This document shows, piece after piece, positions 17,388-24,913 of a stretch of 32,000 nt of DNA. Source of the stretch: Acaryochloris thomasi RCC1774. Its GTDB lineage: Bacteria; Cyanobacteriota; Cyanobacteriia; Thermosynechococcales; Thermosynechococcaceae. How positions within the stretch are numbered: the stretch's first letter is position 1; each line of letters starts with the position of its first letter. The stretch spans positions 150,001-182,000 of the forward strand of contig NZ_PQWO01000005.1 in NCBI RefSeq assembly GCF_003231495.1, in the 5' to 3' direction. The notes beneath the pieces are model-generated. The model saw only the letters and a program-made list of their open reading frames with translations, was not told the origin of the DNA and did not search any database. Both the position numbers and the translations under genes were made by a program.

Positions 17388-17830
17388 GTTAATCCTCCCA
17401 ATGCGTAGGTGAGGCCCCCGATTCCTAAGCCGCTCCAGATGAGCTTCACCAAAAAATATGCCTTCTGCATTTCGTGATCTCGATATCTGGGTATGAATGG
17501 ACTGGCAAAGGCCAATTGCACTACGAGCAGCAGGGCCAGAAACCACAGCGATAGCAGGGACATTCCCCAGGCATATCCTGTCGCCCATTGAAAATCCTGG
17601 GGGTGAATCCCCAGATAGGCGGCACCCCACAACAAAGAAACGACCCAAGTGATCGAAAGTGCGATCGCATCTGGTCCTGCTTTCGCCAAATGCACTGTCA
17701 GCACCAGCGTCAAAATCCAAACGAAGCTGGGCGCCCCGTAGGCTGCCAAGATCCACCCCGCTAGCGTGTACCCCAAAAATAAGATCGTCAAATAGGCCCA
17801 GGCATAGGACCTGCGGATCGACAATGCCAT
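17375..17830 (-). CDS. Hypothetical integral membrane protein (about 4 TM)
   Basis: 151-aa ORF with four clear hydrophobic helices and aromatic belts. The stop overlaps the GTG of the downstream gene by 13 nt. Confidence 0.65.
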   Translation of the reverse strand: MALSIRRSYAWAYLTILFLGYTLAGWILAAYGAPSFVWILTLVLTVHLAKAGPDAIALSITWVVSLLWGAAYLGIHPQDFQWATGYAWGMSLLSLWFLALLLVVQLAFASPFIPRYRDHEMQKAYFLVKLIWSGLGIGGLTYALGGLTWVG

Positions 17831-17837
17831 GAACTAA

Positions 17838-17873
17838 CCGTCTGGAATCCCTCAATTTAGGATTCCCAGACGG
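17838..17873 (-). promoter_or_regulatory. Strong hairpin (13 bp with one bulge) 7 nt upstream of the start codon at 17830
   Basis: Plus strand CCGTCTGGAATCC (17838-17850), loop CTCAATTTA, GGATTCCCAGACGG (17860-17873). Lies between the GH57 stop (17925) and the membrane-gene start. Confidence 0.5.
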
Positions 17874-17924
17874 CCTTTCAATAGGTCGGTGTGTCTAGGA
17901 TTTCCGTAATATTACGGGCAAACG

Positions 17925-19385
17925 CTATGACAGCAGTGCTTCACCTCGACGATAGAGTTCTCGGGCATAGTCCGTCCAGGTGCCTTGACCCCAGTACCGA
18001 AAGCAGCTTGTTTCCACCAGCAGCACGTAGAGCAGTGCCTCTTGATAACCGGACTGTTGCGTAACGGTTGGATCTGCCGCAACCAGGGGATCATATTTCG
18101 CATGGAACTTAGCGCTGAGCTGATTCATTGGTTCGAGGACATTTTCGTAGCCCTTGACCCAGCTCAGATCATCCGTCCAGGACGCACCATCCATATGGAA
18201 CTGATGATCAGATTCAGTCAAGTCTCGGATGGCTTGTTCTACCGCTGCTGGCGTGGCTTGCTCCGGCGCGACCTGCTGCCAAATTTTATGCTGTCCCACC
18301 GCCTGACAGCTTGGATAATCTTCAGGATTGACGCCAGCGGCCTCCAGGAGTTCGAGATATTCAGTGCCGTTAAAGCCAGCGATCCCCTGATCGAGATTTT
18401 CCCAAACCGGCGGATAGTCGCGGGGGAATTCATTCATCATCACGCCGCCGTTCTCGCCATCGGCAATCTGCGTGACGCAGCTCGGCACAGAGACAGATCC
18501 AATTTGCTGTTGCTGCATTCCCTTCGCTTCGTGATAGGGCTGCATTTGGGCAACCAGCTTAGTGTCTGATCCCTGGGTTTTAATCAGGGCCGTCATGCTG
18601 ACGGTTTCACCCTTAGAGTTGCGGGCCACGAGGCGATTGGGAATGTACTTATCTTCGTGGTGTAGGCCAGAGCCATCCAGGCGCTCGACGGAATGCTCTT
18701 GAACCATTAGCCAGCGATAGCCGCATTCTTTGAGGGCTTTGAGGTATTCATAAAGGGCGTCAGGGTGGTTGGGCAGATGCATTTCTGGGGGTGAGAATCC
18801 CTTGACTCGCTTCAGGGCTTCCACGCCGAACAGATCGGCAAAGTGCTGCTGCCAAGCCTGGATGTTGAGCTTCAGATCGGGGATCGGTGTGGAAGGGGCG
18901 ACGGCATGACTCCACATGGTGCCCAGCCACTCGACATAGGGCTGATATTGAGTGTCGCAGGTGATTTTCTTCAGGGCATCTAAGACATCATGGCGACCCA
19001 TCTGCTGCAGACCCCAGAGTAAATTCCCGGAGTAGTCGAGCATAATCCGAGGACTGCAGCCCTTGGCAACTAGTTCAGGAATGAACTCACCCATGCGGCG
19101 ATAGCACCAGGCAAAGGTCTCGGCGTTGTGGTTGTCCCCTTGGTCGGGATGCTCGAACATATGCTGCAGGTTGCAGATCAGCTCTCCGTTGGCTCCGGCG
19201 GGGATCGTCGGCTGATGCATGTGTAGGGCACAGGCGAAGCCAGACTTGAGGGCGTCGAGGTTTAAGTCTGTCTGGGATAAATAGATGTGATCGCTGTGGT
19301 TCGTGATTTGGGCTAGGTCTGCTTCTGAGCCAGAAATGGGGGGTAAATTAGCGGTGGCTTGGCTTAAGGGAGCGGATGCAATCAT
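17925..19385 (-). CDS. Glycoside hydrolase family 57-like protein
   Basis: ALHMHQPTIP (the HQP motif of GH57 region I), GFSPPEMHLP (candidate nucleophile Glu) and IADGENGG (candidate acid/base Asp). Start set at ATG 19385 (MIASAPL), not the ORF-track start at 19478. Confidence 0.7.
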   Translation of the reverse strand: MIASAPLSQATANLPPISGSEADLAQITNHSDHIYLSQTDLNLDALKSGFACALHMHQPTIPAGANGELICNLQHMFEHPDQGDNHNAETFAWCYRRMGEFIPELVAKGCSPRIMLDYSGNLLWGLQQMGRHDVLDALKKITCDTQYQPYVEWLGTMWSHAVAPSTPIPDLKLNIQAWQQHFADLFGVEALKRVKGFSPPEMHLPNHPDALYEYLKALKECGYRWLMVQEHSVERLDGSGLHHEDKYIPNRLVARNSKGETVSMTALIKTQGSDTKLVAQMQPYHEAKGMQQQQIGSVSVPSCVTQIADGENGGVMMNEFPRDYPPVWENLDQGIAGFNGTEYLELLEAAGVNPEDYPSCQAVGQHKIWQQVAPEQATPAAVEQAIRDLTESDHQFHMDGASWTDDLSWVKGYENVLEPMNQLSAKFHAKYDPLVAADPTVTQQSGYQEALLYVLLVETSCFRYWGQGTWTDYARELYRRGEALLS

Positions 19386-19674
19386 GTTGGAGTCCTGTTT
19401 AGATTTGCTTGGAATCAAGACCAGCGAGTGGATAGGAACGTCGCAAATTTTTTTGCACTGGCCCCCCCAACCCCCCAATTCTGGGGGCAGAGTATCAGGA
19501 GTGCGAGTTGTTTTCCTAAAACTTAAGGGGCTAGTGCTTTACTGTGCAAGCTGTCTGAAATTTGTGGTTGAGCTGCTGCTTCTCATGATGGCTCCATAAG
19601 AAGAACGCAGTGAAAATTAGATCTGTGTCGTAGTCATCCGATTCAGACAACTGTACAGGTTTTCCTGGTAGATC

Positions 19675-21126
19675 CTAGGCATTATCAGAGCTGAGAATTG
19701 AGGTTGCTCTGGCTAGAGCCTTACGAACTTGATCAAATCCTGTGCCGCCAATGCTGTTGCGGGCGGCGACGACCTGTTGAGGTGCGATCGCATCCCAAAT
19801 ATCATCGCTGAACTGCGGATGAAGCTCTTGCCACTCAACAAGCGTTAGGTCTTTGAGAAGCTTGCCATCAGCCAGACAAACTTTAACCACCTGACCGACT
19901 ATATTGTAAGCCTCTCGAAAGGGAACGCCCTTGGCGGCTAAATAATCCGCAACATCGGTGGCGTTAGAGAAGTCTTCGGTCACTGCCGTATTCAGCCGAG
20001 CGGTGCGGAACTCTAAGCCCTCTGACATCAGAATGTTCATTGCCTCTAGACAGGCTTTGACCGTATTCACGCCGTCAAAAATTGCTTCTTTGTCTTCTTG
20101 CAGATCTTTGTTGTAGGCCAGCGGTAGCCCTTTCATCAGCACCAGTAAGCCCTGGAGATGGCCGAAGACGCGCCCGGTTTTGCCCCGTACTAGCTCCGGT
20201 ACGTCGGGGTTCTTTTTCTGAGGCATGATGCTGGAGCCGGTGGCGCAGCTATCTTTGAGGGTGATGAACTTAAATTCTTCAGAGGCCCAGAAAATCACTT
20301 CTTCGGCAAGACGGCTCAGGTGAACCATGATTAGGCTGGCGGCGCAGAGAAATTCAATGGCAAAATCACGATCGCTGACGCCATCTAGGCTATTGGCGTA
20401 TAAACCTCCAAATCCAAGCTGGTCGGCGGTGAACTGACGGTCGATGGGGAAGGGGGTCCCTGCTAACGCCCCCAAACCGAGGGGGGAAACGTTAACGCGA
20501 TCGCAAATCTCACTTAACCGCTGCTGATCTCGCTGGGCCATCTCAAAATAGGCCAATAGGTGATGGGCTAAGCTCAGGGGCTGGGCGCGCTGCAGATGGG
20601 TATAGCCGGGGATCATTGTCTCGACATGCTTTGACGCTAATTCAACGAGCGTTGTTTGCCACTGGTGCAGCAGTCCCTGAATTTGTTGAATCTGATCTCG
20701 CAGGTAGAGCCGAATGTCGGTACCCACCTGATCGTTTCGCGATCTAGCTGTATGTAGTTTCTTACCTGTGTCGCCGATCAGTTCTGTCAGCCGTCGCTCC
20801 ACCGCAAAGTGGACGTCTTCGGCATCGACACCGGGCTGGAAATTGCCCTGGCGGTAGTCCTGACGAATCTGCTCCAGACCTGTGGTGATCTGCTCAGCTT
20901 CGGTTTCAGAAATGATTCCTGTCTGGGCTAGCATCTGAGCATGGGCTTGAGAACCCGTGATGTCGTACTCGATCAGGGCAATATCAAAGCTGATGCTGGC
21001 GTTGAAAGTTGCGATCGCAGGGTGCAATGCTCCTTCAAAACGCTGACTCCAGGGTTGGGGGTTGGAAGTAGAAGCAGCCAAGGTGAACGTTCCGTCGATA
21101 GTGTGGAAAATAAAAAGCAACTGCAA
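19675..21126 (-). CDS. argH: Argininosuccinate lyase
   Basis: [23 protein letters not shown], the fumarate-lyase signature [12 protein letters not shown], and [11 protein letters not shown]. No ATG lies upstream of the conserved Trp. TTG at 21126 is preceded by GGAGGGAGAGGG; TTG at 21081 is an alternative. Confidence 0.9.
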   Translation of the reverse strand: MQLLFIFHTIDGTFTLAASTSNPQPWSQRFEGALHPAIATFNASISFDIALIEYDITGSQAHAQMLAQTGIISETEAEQITTGLEQIRQDYRQGNFQPGVDAEDVHFAVERRLTELIGDTGKKLHTARSRNDQVGTDIRLYLRDQIQQIQGLLHQWQTTLVELASKHVETMIPGYTHLQRAQPLSLAHHLLAYFEMAQRDQQRLSEICDRVNVSPLGLGALAGTPFPIDRQFTADQLGFGGLYANSLDGVSDRDFAIEFLCAASLIMVHLSRLAEEVIFWASEEFKFITLKDSCATGSSIMPQKKNPDVPELVRGKTGRVFGHLQGLLVLMKGLPLAYNKDLQEDKEAIFDGVNTVKACLEAMNILMSEGLEFRTARLNTAVTEDFSNATDVADYLAAKGVPFREAYNIVGQVVKVCLADGKLLKDLTLVEWQELHPQFSDDIWDAIAPQQVVAARNSIGGTGFDQVRKALARATSILSSDNA

Positions 21127-21249
21127 TCTAGAAGCCCTCTCCCTCCGAAGTCAAAATTAGGAGACGACGTCATGGTGATGGTGATTCGCAACTAGATCTA
21201 TGCCGTTAAGAAGTTTAAATCCCTGCGGCTTCGAGTCGGCGCGTGGATT

Positions 21250-21513
21250 TTAGTAAGACGTAATGCTGCGGAAAATATAGCCGATGACGAAGCCAATCAG
21301 TAAGGCCCAAACTTGCCCCGACTGAATGAAATTATCCCAGGCCCCTTGAACCGTGCTTCCTAAATCATCGCTGTAAGTTTGGGCGAGCGGTGTTAGGTGG
21401 GGCGTTATCTGCGCGATTGCATCATGGATTAGGTGCGTTTCCGTAAGCCAGTTCTGAATCAGTGTCACAGCCATGCTTGCCGTTTCCATAGGATGAATTG
21501 TTTTACCGATCAA
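21250..21513 (-). CDS. Small hypothetical protein with a C-terminal TM helix
   Basis: 87-aa ORF ending in VWALLIGFVIGYIF. Same strand as its neighbours. No recognisable family. Confidence 0.4.
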   Translation of the reverse strand: MIGKTIHPMETASMAVTLIQNWLTETHLIHDAIAQITPHLTPLAQTYSDDLGSTVQGAWDNFIQSGQVWALLIGFVIGYIFRSITSY

Positions 21514-21561
21514 ACCACGATGTTAGGTTCATTGTCTCTGGCTTTAGACTTTCTACAAGCG

Positions 21562-22494
21562 CTAGCCCTTGAGACCGCTGCCCACCTCAGAGGGAACAAT
21601 ATAGCGCTGCATAATCAAGAAAAATAGCAAAATGGGCGCAATTGAAATCACGGAACCGGCAGCCGTCAGTCGCCAGTCAATGGAGTCAAAGCTCGCCAGT
21701 CGAGCGACTCCCAACGGCAGCGTGTAGGACTGCACCTCATCTAGCACCAGCAACGGCCAGAGAAACTCACTCCAGGAGCCAATGAAGACAAAAATCGCCA
21801 GCGTGACCAGCGCCGGTCTCACCGACGGTAGCATCACATGCCACCAGATGCCTAACTCTGTGCAGCCATCAATGCGGGCGGCTTCTTCAAGTTCTTTGGG
21901 TACACCCTGAAAGGCTTGTCGAAGCAGAAAAATACCGAAGGCAGAGGCAATAGTAGGGAAAATAACGCCGAGGTAAGTGTTAGTCAGGCCCAGCTTTACT
22001 GTTAATACGTAAAGCGGAATCATCACAATCTGAAACGGAATCATGATGGTGGAAACCACTGCGGTAAAAATCCAGTCTTTGCCTGCGAAGTCAAGTCTAG
22101 CGAGCGGATAGGCTGCAAGGGAACAAAACAGCAGATTGAGGGTGACCGTTAGGGTCGCAATCCAAAAGCTATTAAGGAAATAACGTCCGAAGGGCTGGGG
22201 ACTATCGATATCAAATAATGCCTGCATACAGCTATCCCAGTCTGGGGTCGAGCTATTGCAGAGAACGCGTACAAAATTTTCCCAGGTTGGCTGTCTTGGA
22301 CTTAAATCTAGGAAGAATTGAACGATATTCTCAGTTTGTGGAAATATGCTCTCGCTGGCAGGCTTAAAGGCCGTTAGGGTTAGCCAAAGTAAAGGAATTA
22401 GCATGATAGTTGCGATCGCAACTAAGACCAAATATGTCCCAATTGTGTTAGCTGAGCGAGAGAATCGGTGTGTTTTGAGAGCCATAACACCCAC
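21562..22494 (-). CDS. Carbohydrate-type ABC transporter permease (MalG/BPD_transp_1 family)
   Basis: EAA loop EAARIDGCTELGIWWHVMLPSVRPAL and six hydrophobic segments. No partner permease, SBP or ATPase gene is adjacent. Confidence 0.85.
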   Translation of the reverse strand: MGVMALKTHRFSRSANTIGTYLVLVAIATIMLIPLLWLTLTAFKPASESIFPQTENIVQFFLDLSPRQPTWENFVRVLCNSSTPDWDSCMQALFDIDSPQPFGRYFLNSFWIATLTVTLNLLFCSLAAYPLARLDFAGKDWIFTAVVSTIMIPFQIVMIPLYVLTVKLGLTNTYLGVIFPTIASAFGIFLLRQAFQGVPKELEEAARIDGCTELGIWWHVMLPSVRPALVTLAIFVFIGSWSEFLWPLLVLDEVQSYTLPLGVARLASFDSIDWRLTAAGSVISIAPILLFFLIMQRYIVPSEVGSGLKG

Positions 22495-22639
22495 AATAAA
22501 CGAGCAAAGACCACCCGAACCTTGCCATTTAAACTTAAAAGTGACAAGACTAGATGGTCTTAGAGAGTTGAAGATTTTTTTGTCAATCAGTCAGATCAGC
22601 ATTACAGAGGCTTAGCCAATTGACGCTGATCTCTTCCGG

Positions 22640-23020
22640 CTATTCGTCGTCCTCAGAAATTTGCTTGAGGTGAATATGCTTACGACCCAAGGAGACTTCA
22701 AACTCATCTCCGGGCTTCAAATCCATGCGCTCCGTGTAGGTTGAACCGATGAGCAAGTTACCATTGGCCTGCACACTGATGCGGTAGCTGGCACTCCGGC
22801 CTCCGCGACCGTTTCCGTTGGATGATTTACTGTCTAGCTCAACTCCCTCCGCGTCTAATAGAGCGTTCATGAACTTCATCATGCTCACTCGCTCAGCGCC
22901 ATCTTTCGTAACCGTGAAGTAGCCGCACTTTTTCGCTTTAGCTTCGGCACTTAGATTATTGAGATCTTTAACTTTATTGAGTAAATCTGAACCGGTTAAG
23001 GGTTCACTCTTCGTAGCCAT
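22640..23020 (-). CDS. Cyanobacterial AbrB-family (cyAbrB/CalA-like) transcriptional regulator
   Basis: N-terminus EPLTGSDLLNKVKDLNNLSAEAKAKKCGYFTVTKDGAERVSMMKFMNALLDAEGVELD and a C-terminal SpoVT/AbrB swapped-hairpin (LLIGSTYTERMDLKPGDEFEV), typical of cyAbrB. Start at 23020 or 23026; the ORF-track start at 23050 is unlikely. Confidence 0.85.
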   Translation of the reverse strand: MATKSEPLTGSDLLNKVKDLNNLSAEAKAKKCGYFTVTKDGAERVSMMKFMNALLDAEGVELDSKSSNGNGRGGRSASYRISVQANGNLLIGSTYTERMDLKPGDEFEVSLGRKHIHLKQISEDDE

Positions 23021-23059
23021 GGTCATTATCCTACTAGCAGTATCACGCAATATATTCTA

Positions 23060-23120
23060 TTGAACTCTAACATTAGTCCTCTTAAATTCTAATGTGTCTC
23101 TCTAGAGAATTAGAGTTCAA
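23060..23120. promoter_or_regulatory. Nested inverted repeat in the AT-rich region upstream of cyAbrB
   Basis: TTGAACTCTAA (23060-23070) pairs with TTAGAGTTCAA (23110-23120). Inner pair CATTAG (23071-23076) and CTAATG (23089-23094). Confidence 0.4.
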
Positions 23121-23416
23121 CTAATATCTATTCTACTCAAGCTGCCAACCTTAGCACAATAGGGTATTCGCTAAAAATCAACTATTTCTCTTTCTTGTTC
23201 GTCATTTTTTGGATGGCGGAGATAACAGAAGATTGACTGATCAATATGTCCTCTTTTTCTTGCTGCCTCCTGTTGAATGCCTAAGATTATCTTGCTAACA
23301 GTCTTAAATTGCTAATGTCTATCTTAAATGGATTTACTTTTTCCAAAGAATAGCGTTTTTGAACCCAGGCTAGAATTCGAGCTAAGCTAGCAACCAGATT
23401 TTCTAGAGCAGACCCT

Positions 23417-24901
23417 ATGACTTCAACAGCCCCTCGTTTTTTCCTGTGCTGCGCAACCGTTTGGTTGACGATTGCTTCCTCTGTTTTTGCGGCTGACTTT
23501 AGAAATGCCCAGGCTAATCGCCCTGACGTTCGCCAAGATAATCGCATCTGCGCGGCTGACCTAGAAACCGCCTTAGATCAAATTGCGGCCCGACCCGCGC
23601 TACAGCGGGCGCGCATCGGCGTTTCTGTTCAACCCCTCAATTCTTCTAAGCCGCTCTACGCACGAGAAGCACAGCGATTTTTTCTACCCGCCTCTACGAC
23701 AAAGGTGCTCACGACTGCTGCTGCTTTGACGGCTCTAGGCCCTGATTATCAAATTAAAACGCCTGTTCAGAGCGTTGGCAAGCCGCCCACTCTCGACGCC
23801 CTGAAAATTGTCGGTCAAGGTGATCCTAGTTTTTCAGATCAAACGCTGCAGAAGATTGCAAAAACGCTTCATAGCCAAGGTGTTCGACGTATTAAGACCC
23901 TTATTGGTGACGATACAGTCTTCAAGGGGCCAGCTGTAGTGCCCAGTTGGGAATGGGAAGACCTCCAGGCCGGATGGGGGTCGCCAGTCAACAGTCTAAT
24001 GGTCAACGAAAACGCCTACGAGGTGCGTCTGTATCCGCAGGTGCTGGGTGAGCCGCTGAGGCTGGAATGGCAGCTCCATGAGCCGACTGTACCGTGGCGA
24101 TTGATCAATCGATCGCGAACCGTCTCTGCGTCTGAGCCTGAGTACACCGAAATTGTGCGGCGCTTCAACGAAGGTGTGCTGGAGATTGAAGTCTTGGGGC
24201 AGCTCCGGGCTGGGGGAGATTCTGACCGATCTTGGATTGCTGTTGTCGATCCTGGCCCTTATTTTCTGCGACGGCTGCGGGCACAGCTCGAAGGTCAGGG
24301 CATTAAGGTCAATAAAACGCAGCTGATTGCTGATCCAGATGTTGAACAGCCTGATACCTCTGATGAGCAAACATTAACTGAGATTCAGTCGCCGCCGCTG
24401 TCAGAGCTGATCTATACCATCAATCAAGACAGCAATAATTTGTACGCTGAGGCCGTTTTGAAAACCTTGGGTGTCCAGAAGCCTTCTAATTCCGACACCC
24501 TGACCCAGGGACTGCAGACGCTGAAGCAAACGCTGACCAAGCTGAGCATTGATTCGACGACCTACGACATTGCTGACGGTTCAGGGCTATCTCGACACAA
24601 CCTGGTTAGCCCTGAAGCGCTGGTGCAGACCCTGAAGGCGATGGACCGCTCACCCCATGCAGAAGTATTCAAAAAATCCCTACGCTCCCGAGCGTTGGCG
24701 GGCCTGTCGCCGGAGACCGTTTTGGTTAAAACAGGCAGCATGACGGGGGTCTCTAATCTGTCGGGTTATGTTCGCAGTGATACCTTCGCACCCTTGGCGT
24801 TCACTATCTTTTTTAATCAGTACAATCAATCTAGGCGCCAACTCACCCCAATTCTTGACGAGATGCTGATGCTGTTGGCCCGCCTCGAACCCTGCTCCTA
24901 G
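23417..24901 (+). CDS. dacB: D-alanyl-D-alanine carboxypeptidase/endopeptidase (PBP4, peptidase S13)
   Basis: Signal peptide, the STTK active-site motif (LPASTTKVLT), the SGLSRHN (SxN) motif and KTGSMTGVSNLSGY (KTG). Confidence 0.85.
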   Translation: MTSTAPRFFLCCATVWLTIASSVFAADFRNAQANRPDVRQDNRICAADLETALDQIAARPALQRARIGVSVQPLNSSKPLYAREAQRFFLPASTTKVLTTAAALTALGPDYQIKTPVQSVGKPPTLDALKIVGQGDPSFSDQTLQKIAKTLHSQGVRRIKTLIGDDTVFKGPAVVPSWEWEDLQAGWGSPVNSLMVNENAYEVRLYPQVLGEPLRLEWQLHEPTVPWRLINRSRTVSASEPEYTEIVRRFNEGVLEIEVLGQLRAGGDSDRSWIAVVDPGPYFLRRLRAQLEGQGIKVNKTQLIADPDVEQPDTSDEQTLTEIQSPPLSELIYTINQDSNNLYAEAVLKTLGVQKPSNSDTLTQGLQTLKQTLTKLSIDSTTYDIADGSGLSRHNLVSPEALVQTLKAMDRSPHAEVFKKSLRSRALAGLSPETVLVKTGSMTGVSNLSGYVRSDTFAPLAFTIFFNQYNQSRRQLTPILDEMLMLLARLEPCS

Positions 24902-24913
24902 CGCCTTAACTTT

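Noticed and set aside
17985-18569. 194-aa plus-strand ORF inside GH57, together with 17912-18103 and 18239-18433 on the minus strand.
   Set aside because: They are antisense or out-of-frame shadows of the GH57 coding frame.
19462-19487. C7-AA-C6-AATTCT-G5 homopolymer cluster upstream of GH57, considered as a G-quadruplex or a dispersed repeat.
   Set aside because: Each strand has only two long G runs, so this is not a G4. It can form only a 5-bp C/G hairpin. With a single copy in the window, repeat status cannot be judged.
23287-23547. 86-aa minus-strand ORF spanning the dacB start.
   Set aside because: It overlaps the dacB signal-peptide region in antisense and runs into AT-rich promoter DNA. 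No support.
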